Below are positions 48,374 to 58,885 of a stretch of 64,000 bases of DNA, one piece after another (the first letter of the stretch is position 1; each line of letters begins with the position of its first letter). This DNA comes from an uncultured Spirochaetia bacterium (GTDB lineage Bacteria; Spirochaetota; Spirochaetia; JABEVK01), in the NCBI GenBank assembly GCA_937960645.1, contig CALGPJ010000006.1:146868-210867 (forward strand), in the 5' to 3' direction. A model generated the notes under the pieces. The model made no database searches. It worked only from the letters and a program-made list of their open reading frames with translations, and was not told where the DNA came from. The position numbers and the translations under genes were made by a program.

Positions 48374-49177
48374 ATGAGCTTCTTAACTTCCCAGACGATT
48401 CAAAAATACTACGACATGTTCTCCAAGATCGAGGTTACCTACAGCAAGGAGGTGAGTAGGGCCGTAGGACTGAACCAGGACGACGTATTGCTCAAAGTCG
48501 CCGGAATCCAATGGCCATGCATCCTGTATTCTTCCAGTTTTGAGAGTGCCAAGGTAATCATTAGCCTCAAACCGGAGCAGTTTGAAAAAATCAAGCAGGA
48601 GAGCACCAGCGGTATGCTTCGTCTGGGGTTCAAGGTTCCGGAAAAAGTCGATTCCCTGACGTTTTTTATCAATATCAAAGTTAGGGGTTTCAATCGTTAC
48701 AGCAATCAGCGGCAGGATTTGTATTTTCTACAGTTAGACTTTACGCAAAGGCCACCGGAGGACTTCATCGCGATCATCGGTCAGTTTCTCGAGGTCAACA
48801 TCAATTCTAAAAAAAGAGCCGATGAACGTATTGCAATCAGAGAGGATGTCATCAAAAAAATCGGTTTTGTTTCCGCCACCTGCGTTGTTTATCTGGACAA
48901 GGTCCCCAGAAAGTGCATCATCAGAGATCTGAGTTTTGGTGGGGCGCAGTTGCTCATCCCCGGATTGGCCAAGTTCATGCAATCCAAGTCAGCGATACTT
49001 CGACTGATCAGAATCGACAACGGCGATAACGTCGACATAGGCGGAGTTGTGGTACGTGCGACGGAACTCGAAGGCCGCAAAGACATAGCCATCGCCGGTG
49101 TCCAGTTCAATCCGGCCGAAGTTCCGATGGTTTTTAAAACCAAGCTGAACACGTATCTCAATACCCACAAAGGTTAA
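48374..49177 (+). CDS. PilZ-domain (c-di-GMP-binding) protein
   Basis: C-terminal RxxxR (RADER) … DxSxxG (DLSFGG) PilZ signature. Confidence 0.6.
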   Translation: MSFLTSQTIQKYYDMFSKIEVTYSKEVSRAVGLNQDDVLLKVAGIQWPCILYSSSFESAKVIISLKPEQFEKIKQESTSGMLRLGFKVPEKVDSLTFFINIKVRGFNRYSNQRQDLYFLQLDFTQRPPEDFIAIIGQFLEVNINSKKRADERIAIREDVIKKIGFVSATCVVYLDKVPRKCIIRDLSFGGAQLLIPGLAKFMQSKSAILRLIRIDNGDNVDIGGVVVRATELEGRKDIAIAGVQFNPAEVPMVFKTKLNTYLNTHKG

Positions 49178-49181
49178 ACAC

Positions 49182-50264
49182 ATGCAGCTCTACTTCATCC
49201 GATGGGATAAACTGAAGATGAGTCAGTTTGCCGATTGGGATTTACCGGAGGACTTTCTGATGCCGATCGCCTCGGCTCAAAACTTCGAAGACTTGTTCCC
49301 GAACATTACGAAGGAGCATATCATCATGGGTCTTGTTGTCGCCACAACGACACAACGCGACCATCCTTTTCATCGTGAGTGGATAAAAATTCTAGAAAAA
49401 ATGTCTTCCGATGTCCTCGATTTCTTTTTGCAAAAGACCAGCGATTTCCTTGATACACAAGATTTAAAAAATGCGGAACTTACTTTAAACTTTCTAAAAA
49501 ATATTGCACCAGACTATCACTATGTCACCCTGCTGGAAGCCAGGATTCATGAGGAAAAGTCTCTGGAACATGCTCGCAACGAACGATGGGACGAGGCCCA
49601 AAGCGAGAAAAAGATAGCCCTGGATTTGTATTCCGGTCTCCTTAAAGCCGATCCCTCCCCGCCCGAAGTGCTGAAATACCTGGGATTATTCTATTTCAAG
49701 TTGGGTGACAAAACAAAGGCCCTGGAATTTTTACAAAAATATCTGGAAATTTTTCCCAACGAGGAGTGGCTTGCCACACTGGTGCAGCAGGAGCTGGAAA
49801 GAAAGAAGATAACGGAACTTTTTCATACCGCCTATGACAAAATCATGATGGGAGACGAGGAGTCCAGTCTCGGGGTTTTGGAGGAGCTACTCGAACTGGA
49901 AAAAGGGTCATGGGAAATTTGGTTCATGAAAGGCTGGGCGCACAGGAGGCTGGAGCAATTCGATCTTGCACTGCCGGCATTCGACCACGCGCTCGAACTC
50001 AAGCCCGACCACGTGGACATTCTGAACGAGAAGGCCCTGTGCCTCTACGGTTTGGAGCGACTCGATGAGGCGGAACAGGTTTGGACTCGGACTTTGGAGT
50101 GGGAACCCATGAATGTCAAGATCCTTTCCAACCTCGCCATTCTCCATCTACGTTGGAACAACGCGGATGATGCCCGATACTATCTGAAAGCGGTTCTCGA
50201 CATCGAACCCGATAATGCGCTCATGCGTAAACTCCTCGACGATCTCGAAGCCCTCGATCCTTGA
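49182..50264 (+). CDS. TPR-repeat protein
   Basis: Multiple 34-residue TPR-like helix pairs. Confidence 0.5.
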   Translation: MQLYFIRWDKLKMSQFADWDLPEDFLMPIASAQNFEDLFPNITKEHIIMGLVVATTTQRDHPFHREWIKILEKMSSDVLDFFLQKTSDFLDTQDLKNAELTLNFLKNIAPDYHYVTLLEARIHEEKSLEHARNERWDEAQSEKKIALDLYSGLLKADPSPPEVLKYLGLFYFKLGDKTKALEFLQKYLEIFPNEEWLATLVQQELERKKITELFHTAYDKIMMGDEESSLGVLEELLELEKGSWEIWFMKGWAHRRLEQFDLALPAFDHALELKPDHVDILNEKALCLYGLERLDEAEQVWTRTLEWEPMNVKILSNLAILHLRWNNADDARYYLKAVLDIEPDNALMRKLLDDLEALDP

Positions 50265-50297
50265 CCAAGCCGTAACGCTTTTCTACACTGATTTACT

Positions 50298-52466
50298 ATG
50301 AAAAAGCGCCTCGTCACCTCCGCCTTGCCCTATGTCAACAATGTTCCACACCTCGGCAACCTCATCCAGGTCCTCTCCGCCGATGTGTTCGCCCGATGGT
50401 GCCGCATCTATGGTTATGAAACCCTCTACATTTGCGGGACCGACGAGTACGGTACCGCCACGGAAACTCGCGCCATGGAGGAAGGCATCAGTCCCCAGGA
50501 GCTATGCGACCGCTACTACAAAATTCACAAGGAAATCTACGACTGGTTCGGCATCGCCTTCGACAATTTTGGCAGGACCAGCCGCCCCATCCACACCGAA
50601 ATCACCCAGTCCCTTTTTCTGGATAACGAAAAGGCTGGCTATCTGTTGGAAGAGGAATCCAACCAAATCTACTGTCCCGACAAGGACATGTTCCTGGCCG
50701 ACCGTTTTGTTCGAGGGACCTGTCCCTACTGTGGATACAAGGAGGCCAGGGGGGATCAGTGCGAAAACTGCGGGAAGCTCCTGGACCCCACGGACCTGAT
50801 TGCCCCCTACTCCCCGATCTGTCCCGGAGAGCTCACCGTTAGACCAACGCGACACCTTTACATCGACCTGCCCTCGATCAAGCCCCTCCTCCAGGAGTGG
50901 GTCGAGAAAACCAGCGTCCAGGGATTTTGGAGCACCAACGCCATCAAAATGACGGAAGCCTGGATGCGAGATGGACTCAAGCCCCGGGCTATTACCCGTG
51001 ATTTGCGGTGGGGTATCCCTGTTCCGAAAGTCGGTTACGAGAAAAAGGTGTTTTACGTCTGGTTCGATGCACCGATCGGATACATCAGTATGACTGCAGA
51101 CCTCAGACCAGATTGGAAGACCTGGTGGCAAAACCCCGATGAGGTGGAACTTTTTCAGTTCATCGGGAAGGACAACATTCCCTTCCACACCGTGGTTTTT
51201 CCGTCCACCCTTCTGGGCAGCGAAAGGGGGAGCGGCGTCCGCTGGACCAAGCTCTTCCATATGAGTGCCACCGAGTATCTCAATTACGAAAGCGGAAAGT
51301 TTTCAAAAAGTCAGGGGGTGGGCGTCTTCGGTAACGACGTCCAGGAAACCGGTATTCCCGCCGATGTGTGGCGTTTTTACCTTTTTTATAACAGACCGGA
51401 AACCAGCGATACCCTCTTTACCTGGAATGACTTCGCCGAAAAAGTAAACAGCGAGCTGATCGGCAACTTTGGCAACCTCGTCAACCGCGTCCTGCTCTTC
51501 CTGTTGAAAAACTTTCAGGATTACTCGTTCGATTCCCCCGATCCTGCCTGGGGAAAAACTTCCCGGGAATATATCGAGAAAATCAAGAATCATTACGAGA
51601 GAGCCGACCTGCGGGACGCTCTCAAAACCTGCCTGGAGTGGAGCGCCATCGGCAACAAAAGGTTTCAAGAATCGGAGCCGTGGAAGCTCATCAAAACCGA
51701 TCGAGCTAAAACTCATACACTTGTGAGCGAATTGTGTCGTCAGGTGAGGGACCTGGCCATCCTGCTCTTTCCGGTGATGCCGCAAAGTTGTACCCAAATC
51801 CTGGGGTTTTTTGGTTACACCACCCATCCTTCCTGGTCATGGTTGCAGGAGAGTCCCCCCTTTGCGACCAAAGTCGATATTCTTTTTCAAAAGCTGGAAA
51901 AGGACAGGATCGAAGAGTTGCGTCTTCGCTATTCCGGCAAACAAAGCGAACGAAAAACTTCCGAAGAGCAGCCAAGCCTCGAATCCGAATTTTCGAACAA
52001 GGTCCAGCTGGTTACAGCGCGAATCACCCGGGTTGAACGACACCCGAGTGCCGACAAACTCTACATCGAAGAAATCGACCTGGGACCACTGGGAAATCGA
52101 ATCATCGTCAGTGGACTGGTCCATCACTACACCCCGGAAGAGCTCCTCGGCAAAAACATCGTGGTCGTCGCAAACCTGAAACCCGCCAAACTTCGGGGGG
52201 TCGTGAGTCAGGGTATGCTCCTGGCCGCTAGTAAGGATGATCGACTCGAGGTCTTGAGCCCCGATGCCGAACCGGGAACGAGCGTCTTCCTGGATGGTCA
52301 GCAGGAGAGTCCCCAGCCTGCGTCCTTTCCCGAATTGACCGTTGACCAGTTTTTCGCAATTCCTCTCAAAGCGATAGGCGGTGAAGTCTATTGCGGCAAC
52401 AAAAAACTCGTTGTCGGGAAAAGCCCGATCAGGACACTGAAGGTCCTGGACGGAGACATCGGATAA
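50298..52466 (+). CDS. metG: Methionyl-tRNA synthetase with a C-terminal tRNA-binding (EMAP/Trbp111-like) domain
   Basis: HLGN (HIGH-type) motif, KFSKS (KMSKS-type), zinc knuckle CPYCGY…CENCG; C-terminal OB-fold. Confidence 0.95.
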   Translation: MKKRLVTSALPYVNNVPHLGNLIQVLSADVFARWCRIYGYETLYICGTDEYGTATETRAMEEGISPQELCDRYYKIHKEIYDWFGIAFDNFGRTSRPIHTEITQSLFLDNEKAGYLLEEESNQIYCPDKDMFLADRFVRGTCPYCGYKEARGDQCENCGKLLDPTDLIAPYSPICPGELTVRPTRHLYIDLPSIKPLLQEWVEKTSVQGFWSTNAIKMTEAWMRDGLKPRAITRDLRWGIPVPKVGYEKKVFYVWFDAPIGYISMTADLRPDWKTWWQNPDEVELFQFIGKDNIPFHTVVFPSTLLGSERGSGVRWTKLFHMSATEYLNYESGKFSKSQGVGVFGNDVQETGIPADVWRFYLFYNRPETSDTLFTWNDFAEKVNSELIGNFGNLVNRVLLFLLKNFQDYSFDSPDPAWGKTSREYIEKIKNHYERADLRDALKTCLEWSAIGNKRFQESEPWKLIKTDRAKTHTLVSELCRQVRDLAILLFPVMPQSCTQILGFFGYTTHPSWSWLQESPPFATKVDILFQKLEKDRIEELRLRYSGKQSERKTSEEQPSLESEFSNKVQLVTARITRVERHPSADKLYIEEIDLGPLGNRIIVSGLVHHYTPEELLGKNIVVVANLKPAKLRGVVSQGMLLAASKDDRLEVLSPDAEPGTSVFLDGQQESPQPASFPELTVDQFFAIPLKAIGGEVYCGNKKLVVGKSPIRTLKVLDGDIG

Positions 52467-52512
52467 CTTGATTTTCCCAACGTTTTTTGCTAATTTTCAA
52501 CGGAGGTGCACG

Positions 52513-52752
52513 ATGCCGACATATGAATACTATTGTGAACAGTGCGGGGTGTTCGACGTTTTTCAAAACATGAGCGACCCGCCCCTTACCTCCTGTCCCA
52601 CCTGTTCCCTGGAGGTAAGACGGCTGATCAGCGGCGGCACGGGTGTGATCTTCAAAGGAAGTGGCTTTTTCAACACCGATCGCCGCAAAGAGGCAAAAAC
52701 TCAATCAAAGGCCGAAACCAGCAAAGAAACACCCCAAAAAGAGGCCGTTTAG
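52513..52752 (+). CDS. FmdB-family zinc-ribbon protein
   Basis: MPTYEYYCEQCG…SCPTC matches the FmdB consensus. Confidence 0.7.
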   Translation: MPTYEYYCEQCGVFDVFQNMSDPPLTSCPTCSLEVRRLISGGTGVIFKGSGFFNTDRRKEAKTQSKAETSKETPQKEAV

Positions 52753-52757
52753 GTGGT

Positions 52758-53816
52758 ATGCTAGCCGCCATCACGAATGGGTGGTATAGTATCTTTAGGG
52801 TGAAAGCGTTCGTTGTCGGATTTTTCCTACTATCGTTGAACTCCCATGCACAGATACTTCGACTGGAGTGGGATCTACTGTCTTTGCCGTTATTGAACCT
52901 GTACATTTATCAAACCTCGCCCGAAGGAAACGTCAAAAGGATACCCACCACAATGGGATCGACACCTACCCTGGGATTTTACGAGGTGTCTCTAACCCGA
53001 GAAGATGGCCGTTACCAGGTATTTGTCGTCAATCCCTCGGTCGACGATGACTTTGCCGATTGGTCCGCCTACCGATGGTTGGAGTATGTCAAACTCACCC
53101 TCCAACGAAACAACGTGAAAATCGAAATCACCCCCAAGCCCAACAATGGGGGTGTGTGGCATGCAATCGACCTGTTGGGACAGGAGCTCGAACCCGTCAT
53201 CGTCAACCAAATTTTACCGCGACGGCTGATGGTCTGGGGGCAGGTTTTTTCCGCCGACACAGCTACTCCCCTTCCCCAGGTTCTTGTTCGGGCACAATCC
53301 AACCAACAAAGTCTCATCCGCGATGTGACGAATCGCCGGGGACTATTCCTGCTGTTTCTCAACGAGGATCAATATCAACTGACCTTCGAGGGCAACCGCC
53401 TGGTCCCCCGAGACGCTTTTGTGGACTTAAAAACCAATCCGTTTCCCCACAGAATCGACACCACCCTATCGGCGGCAGGTAACGACAGCACTCAGGTCAT
53501 CGTGCTGACCTGGGACCTTTATCCCGAAGATCTCAACATGGAGCTGCAGAGCGACGAGACGACGATCCGGGCCTCTTCACCCAACCCCGACTGGGCATTC
53601 AAAAAATTGGTCTTCACCCCGGAAAGCTCGAAAACCTACCGTCTGGTGGTCAACCCAGACAAAGTTTCCGACGAGCTATTATTTGCCTACTCACAGGCCC
53701 GTGTCACGATTCACAACGGTTCTCGGATTATCACACGTCAGATGCCCCTGGGTAATCGTTCCGAGTGGGCGGTTCTCAATTACCAGCCTGAACTGGGTTG
53801 GGTCGAAACGGAATAA
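52758..53816 (+). CDS. Secreted hypothetical protein
   Basis: N-terminal signal/TM segment; no recognisable domain; the start was reassigned to MLAAITNG. Confidence 0.35.
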   Translation: MLAAITNGWYSIFRVKAFVVGFFLLSLNSHAQILRLEWDLLSLPLLNLYIYQTSPEGNVKRIPTTMGSTPTLGFYEVSLTREDGRYQVFVVNPSVDDDFADWSAYRWLEYVKLTLQRNNVKIEITPKPNNGGVWHAIDLLGQELEPVIVNQILPRRLMVWGQVFSADTATPLPQVLVRAQSNQQSLIRDVTNRRGLFLLFLNEDQYQLTFEGNRLVPRDAFVDLKTNPFPHRIDTTLSAAGNDSTQVIVLTWDLYPEDLNMELQSDETTIRASSPNPDWAFKKLVFTPESSKTYRLVVNPDKVSDELLFAYSQARVTIHNGSRIITRQMPLGNRSEWAVLNYQPELGWVETE

Positions 53817-54870
53817 CTGGACGCACCCGGGAGTTTGGGACCTCGATGGTTCCCGTTGGCAGTTTGATTCGGGATGAAGATGCATTCCGACTGACAATTT
53901 CCACCAGACTTTCATCTTCGAAAATGCCCATGACTGGGACCCACTCGGTGGAAAGCTCGGCGTGTCGGAATCGAGCTGCCCCTTCCTCGGAAATGCCCCA
54001 TTCTTTCAAGCCGGAAAGCGCCTCCTGCCAGCTTCCCAGTAAATCTTTGAGTATTTGCCCCCGGGCGGCATCCTGAACGAGCAGATGCCAGAGCGATTCG
54101 TGAAGCTCACCCGTACGAGGATGACGGATGGGAACGGCGTTCAGGTAGACGATACGGCGATCTGCCATCACGAGATGATCGCCAATCGGAAAGGAGTCCG
54201 GATCTCCGGCAAATAGGGCATCGAACCTTTCCTGAAACCCCAGTCCATCGCAGGTAATCACGAGAGGGCGGCGTCCCTTGGCCGGCACCCGGGCCCAGAA
54301 AAGTCCGTCGAGGAAGGCAAACCATTTTTCATCGCTAAAGGTGGTGGTGATCCCAAAGGGGAAATCTCGATTGCGGTCTGTCTCCGTTAACGGCAGGGAG
54401 AGTGCCAGCGCTCGTTGAGCCTCGAAGTCCAGACTGTAGGCTGCACCGACTTCACATCCCCCGCCGAAGGCCGCACAACTATAAAGATTCAACCTTTTGT
54501 TGTCGCCTGGTCCTGATAAAAAGCCGAGACGCAGCATCGGCAACGGCCAATCTTTATCATCCAGGAGGGTGATTTCTCGCTCTCCATCCCAGGCACGCAG
54601 CTCGCGATATTCGGAAAGGTTTTGGATCCATACCACCCAGCCCATGACCAGCCGGGCCCCGCCGACCGGTATTCCCCGATCCGACCAAAAGTCGTTGGAG
54701 AGGTCGCGGAGGCTGGACAACGAACCGGGCCCATCCATCGGATGCACAAACGGATAAATCACGGCTTGGGAGGAGGAACTGAAGCCCTCTGAGGCCGACG
54801 ATTCGGATACTTTCTCCTGCGCAGAACAGGCAAGAAGGAGGACCAGAATCAGGGTTTTGAGTGGCCTCAT
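53776..54870 (-). CDS. Lipoprotein, unknown function; last gene of the aaRS operon
   Basis: Lipobox LLLACS; 1 nt downstream of tyrS. Confidence 0.4.
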   Translation of the reverse strand: MRPLKTLILVLLLACSAQEKVSESSASEGFSSSSQAVIYPFVHPMDGPGSLSSLRDLSNDFWSDRGIPVGGARLVMGWVVWIQNLSEYRELRAWDGEREITLLDDKDWPLPMLRLGFLSGPGDNKRLNLYSCAAFGGGCEVGAAYSLDFEAQRALALSLPLTETDRNRDFPFGITTTFSDEKWFAFLDGLFWARVPAKGRRPLVITCDGLGFQERFDALFAGDPDSFPIGDHLVMADRRIVYLNAVPIRHPRTGELHESLWHLLVQDAARGQILKDLLGSWQEALSGLKEWGISEEGAARFRHAELSTEWVPVMGIFEDESLVEIVSRNASSSRIKLPTGTIEVPNSRVRPVIPFRPNPVQAGN

Positions 54871-56097
54871 TCAATCCACAATCAGGCGGACACGGCGTTT
54901 TTTGCCGGCTTTGAGAAGGATCGGCTCCTGAAGATTTAGGGCCCGATTGACCAAAAACTCGATCGAATCGATTTTGAGATGGTTGAGGCTCACCCCGCCC
55001 TGCTGAATGAGCCGCCGAGCTTCTGTTTTGCTGGGGGCAAGTTCAGTCCTGACCAAAAGATCGATCACCCCCACCCCCTTCTCCCATTCCTCCGGGCCGA
55101 TGCGGCAGGAGGGCAGGCCACTGAGGTCGCCCTCTCCGCCAAAAGCGGCCCGGGCGGCCTCCCGGCAGCGGTCTGCCTCGTCCTGACCATGAACCAATCG
55201 GGTGATTTCCCAGGCCAACCTCTCCTTGGCGAGATTGATGCGCTCGTCGCGGTGGTCGGTGAGCCCCCGGATCTCCTGAAGTTCCATCTCGGTGTAGATC
55301 TTCATCAACGATGCGACGTCATCATCGGGTACGTTTCGCCAGTATTGGAAAAACTCGTAGGGCGGTGTGAGTTCCGGATCGAGAAAGAGGCTGCCTTTTT
55401 CGGTCTTCCCCATCTTTTTGCCGTCGCTACGGGTAATCAGTGGAACCGTCAAGCCGTAGGTTTCCTCCTGCCGCAATCGACGGATCAGGTCGATCCCCGC
55501 CACGATGTTACCCCATTGATCATCGCCGCCCACCTGGAGCCGGCATCGGTAGCGGTCGTAGAGCTGAAGGTAGTCATAACTTTGAAGGAGCTGATAGTTG
55601 AATTCCAAAAAGGTAAGCCCGGTCTCCAATCTGAGTTTGTAGGTTTCGAAGGAAAGCATCCGGTTCACCGAAAAATGCCGGCCGATGTCTCGAAGAAAAT
55701 CCAGGTACTTGAGAGGAGCCAACCACTCGGCGTTGTTAACGATGATCCCGCTTTCTCCGTCCAAAACAAGAAACCTTCCCAGCTGTTTGGCCAAGGAAGC
55801 CGCGTTACGATCGATTTCCTCGATGTCCAGCATCTTGCGGGTCTCGGTCTTTCCGGAAGGATCCCCGATCCGGGCCGTACCGCCGCCCACGATGACGATG
55901 ACCCTGTGGCCCCGTCGCTGTAGCCGCCGGAGCAGGAGGTAGGGAAAAAGATGCCCGACATGCAGGCTTCTGGCCGTGGGATCGACTCCACAGTAGACCG
56001 TAATCTGGCCCTCATCCAAAAGGGGAATCAAGGCATCCCGATCTGTGACTTGCTTTACGAACCCCCGTTCTTCGAGGGTCTGAAACAGTGACATCAT
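54871..56097 (-). CDS. tyrS: Tyrosyl-tRNA synthetase
   Basis: HVGH (HIGH) and KMGKT (KMSKS) motifs; C-terminal S4 domain. Confidence 0.9.
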   Translation of the reverse strand: MMSLFQTLEERGFVKQVTDRDALIPLLDEGQITVYCGVDPTARSLHVGHLFPYLLLRRLQRRGHRVIVIVGGGTARIGDPSGKTETRKMLDIEEIDRNAASLAKQLGRFLVLDGESGIIVNNAEWLAPLKYLDFLRDIGRHFSVNRMLSFETYKLRLETGLTFLEFNYQLLQSYDYLQLYDRYRCRLQVGGDDQWGNIVAGIDLIRRLRQEETYGLTVPLITRSDGKKMGKTEKGSLFLDPELTPPYEFFQYWRNVPDDDVASLMKIYTEMELQEIRGLTDHRDERINLAKERLAWEITRLVHGQDEADRCREAARAAFGGEGDLSGLPSCRIGPEEWEKGVGVIDLLVRTELAPSKTEARRLIQQGGVSLNHLKIDSIEFLVNRALNLQEPILLKAGKKRRVRLIVD

Positions 56098-57422
56098 TGC
56101 CCCCGGGTGTAATCCTTCATGAAGGCCCGAATACGCTGTGCGGCCTCGGCCATAGGAATTCTTTCCTGCCGCATACTGTCCCGAAAACGAATGGTCACGG
56201 TACGGTCTTCTTTCGTTTGATAGTCCACGGTGAGGCAGTAAGGGGTGCCGATCTCATCCTGGCGGCGGTAATTTTTCCCGATGTTTCCCGTCATTTCGAG
56301 TTGGGTGGTCATTTCCTCCCGCAAACCTTTTTCCAATTCCTGGGCAATCTCGGCCAACCCATCCTTCTTGACCACCGCCATCACCGCCACCTTGACCGGA
56401 GAAAGGTGAGGATGCAAGTGAAGCACAGTCCTGACGTCTCCCTCCCCCAGGTTTTGCTCCTCGTAGGCATCGCACAAGGCCATGAGGACACTGCGGGTGA
56501 GGCCGGCACTGGTTTCGATCACGAAGGGGATGTAACGCTCGTTGGTCTCCTGATCGAGGTACTCCATTTTTTCGCCCGAGAACTCGGCATGACGTCTGAG
56601 GTCGTAGTCCGAACGGCTATGGATTCCCTCGAGTTCCTGCCAGCCCATCGGGAAGAGGAACTGAATGTCGAAGGCATCGATGGCGTAGTGCGCCAGTTCA
56701 TCGGGACCATGCTGATGAAACCGGAGGTGTTCAGGATGGATTCCGAGCTTTTGGTAATACTTGATCCGTTCTTCTTTCCAGAACTCGAACCACTTACCCG
56801 CCTCAGAGGGCTTGACAAAAAATTGCATCTCCATTTGCTCGAACTCGACTGTCCGAAAAATGAAATTCTTGGTGGTGATCTCGTTTCGAAACGCCTTGCC
56901 GACCTGAGCGATACCAAAGGGTATCTTGACCCGAGTCGAGTTCACCACATTTTTGAAATTTACGAAGATCCCCTGGGCCGTCTCGGGTCGAAGATAGAGG
57001 AGGCTGGAATCGTCCTGAACCGGACCGAGGTGGGTGGTGAACATGAGGTTGAACTTTCGGGGCTCCGTAAAACTGTTTTTGGCCCCGCAGACGGGACAGG
57101 GCGCCGTAAGGTCGATCTGATCGGCTCGAAATCGCGATTTGCAGTTTTTGCAGTCCACCATCGGATCGGTGAAATTTTCGACATGGCCCGAAGCGTGCCA
57201 GGTTTTTGGATGCATAAGAATGGCAGCATCCAAACCCACGATGTTATCGTGGAGTTGGGTCATTTCTCGCCACCAAAAGTTTTGTATGTTTTTTTTCAGC
57301 TCGATGCCCAGGGGACCGTAGTCCCATGATCCGGAAAGGCCACCGTAGATTTCTGAACTTTGGTAAACAAAACCTCGCCTTTTGCTCAAGCTGACAATTT
57401 TTTCCATGGTGACGTCACTCAT
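56094..57422 (-). CDS. glyQS: Glycyl-tRNA synthetase, dimeric class II (alpha2) type
   Basis: N-terminus …FVYQSSEIYGGLSGSWDYGPLG… typical of alpha2-type GlyRS; zinc-knuckle insertion; C-terminal anticodon-binding domain. Confidence 0.9.
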   Translation of the reverse strand: MSDVTMEKIVSLSKRRGFVYQSSEIYGGLSGSWDYGPLGIELKKNIQNFWWREMTQLHDNIVGLDAAILMHPKTWHASGHVENFTDPMVDCKNCKSRFRADQIDLTAPCPVCGAKNSFTEPRKFNLMFTTHLGPVQDDSSLLYLRPETAQGIFVNFKNVVNSTRVKIPFGIAQVGKAFRNEITTKNFIFRTVEFEQMEMQFFVKPSEAGKWFEFWKEERIKYYQKLGIHPEHLRFHQHGPDELAHYAIDAFDIQFLFPMGWQELEGIHSRSDYDLRRHAEFSGEKMEYLDQETNERYIPFVIETSAGLTRSVLMALCDAYEEQNLGEGDVRTVLHLHPHLSPVKVAVMAVVKKDGLAEIAQELEKGLREEMTTQLEMTGNIGKNYRRQDEIGTPYCLTVDYQTKEDRTVTIRFRDSMRQERIPMAEAAQRIRAFMKDYTRGQ

Positions 57423-58885
57423 GTGCGCTCCTTGTCCGTTAAAAAGTCGATAGCACAGCCCACGCGTCTCAGAACCTCTTCCTTGCCCAGGACCTTGGCA
57501 AAGGGGAACAGTGGCAGACTGACTTTTTTTCCAATGATAGCGATCCTCAGAGGCATCAGTACATCTCCGAGTTTGACATCGTTACTATCGCACCATTCCC
57601 GAAAGCGTCGTTCGAGAACTTCCTCCTCCACCTGCTCAAGATCCTGCATCAATTCCAGGGACATCCGTAAAAGCTGGGCGGTTTTTTCAGGGTTGGATTT
57701 TTTTGTGACGATTTCCGGCCATTCCTCCGGCCTTTCCCAGAGAGGAGCGATCCAATCGACCACCTGATTGAGGTAAACCACCCTCTCCCGAAGATGGGGC
57801 AAAAGGTAGCGAACCTGGGCTTTGACGGTATCGCAACGATCCAGGTTCTGATGCTCTTTCATATATTGGCAAAACTCCTCGAGAAGGACATCGTCCGCCA
57901 GATTCTTGATATGCAGAGTGTTGAAGTGTTCGAGTTTTTTGTAATCCAGAACAGCGGGACTCTTGTTCAGTTTTTCCAGGGTAAAAATCGCCTCCAATTC
58001 ATTCAGGGAAAAATATTCCCGCGAATCGTCGTACGACCAACCGAGGAGGGCCAATCCGTTGACCAGGGCCTGCGGTAAAAAGCCCTGCTCGACAAACTGC
58101 CGAACGGAGGTGGCCCCGTGGCGTTTCGAAAGTTTCTGGCCGTCGGGCCCCAACACCAGGGGTAGATGTAAATAATGGGGCGGCTTGAGATCCAGGGCTT
58201 CGAAAAGCCAGGCATGCAATCCGAGGCTTGATAACCATTCCTGGGATCTGATGACATGGGTGGTTTGCATGAGATGGTCATCCACCACGTGGGCCAGATG
58301 ATAGGTCGGAAAACCATCGCTCTTGAAAAGGACGGGATCGACCGGTAGGTCCTTAAAAGCAAATTCCATCGAACCCAGAAGCAGGTCGTGGATCATGATG
58401 GAGCCCTCCAGGGGAAGGGCTGCGCGGATCACGAAGGGCTCTCCGTTCGCTGCACGCGCGTTCGACTCGTCTGCCGAGAGGGAGCGACAACGGCGGTCGT
58501 AACCGGTGGGTTGTCCTGCTGCTTCCTGTTGCTTGCGCAGCTCCTCTAATCTCTGGGGAGAACAAAAACAGCGGTAAGCTTTTCCTGCCTCGAGAAGACG
58601 CTGCGTGTACCGTCGATACAGGTCCAGCCTTTGGGATTGCACATAGGGCCCGTATGGACCACCGATATCAGGCCCCTCGTCCCAACTGATACCAGCCCAG
58701 CGGAGGCTTTGGTACAGATCCTTTTCTGAATCGGGATTGTAGCGGGAGCGGTCTGTGTCTTCGATCCGGAGATAAAAAACACCGTGGTTGGCTCTGGCAA
58801 AAAGGTAGTTGAACAGGGCTGTCCGCAATCCGCCGACATGTTGTAAACCCGTCGGGGAAGGGGCGTAACGGACTCTGACTGACAT
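57419..58885 (-). CDS. gltX: Glutamyl-tRNA synthetase
   Basis: PSPTGLQHVGG (HIGH-type) and KLSKR motifs; the start was set at MSVRVRYAPSPTG. Confidence 0.9.
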   Translation of the reverse strand: MSVRVRYAPSPTGLQHVGGLRTALFNYLFARANHGVFYLRIEDTDRSRYNPDSEKDLYQSLRWAGISWDEGPDIGGPYGPYVQSQRLDLYRRYTQRLLEAGKAYRCFCSPQRLEELRKQQEAAGQPTGYDRRCRSLSADESNARAANGEPFVIRAALPLEGSIMIHDLLLGSMEFAFKDLPVDPVLFKSDGFPTYHLAHVVDDHLMQTTHVIRSQEWLSSLGLHAWLFEALDLKPPHYLHLPLVLGPDGQKLSKRHGATSVRQFVEQGFLPQALVNGLALLGWSYDDSREYFSLNELEAIFTLEKLNKSPAVLDYKKLEHFNTLHIKNLADDVLLEEFCQYMKEHQNLDRCDTVKAQVRYLLPHLRERVVYLNQVVDWIAPLWERPEEWPEIVTKKSNPEKTAQLLRMSLELMQDLEQVEEEVLERRFREWCDSNDVKLGDVLMPLRIAIIGKKVSLPLFPFAKVLGKEEVLRRVGCAIDFLTDKERT

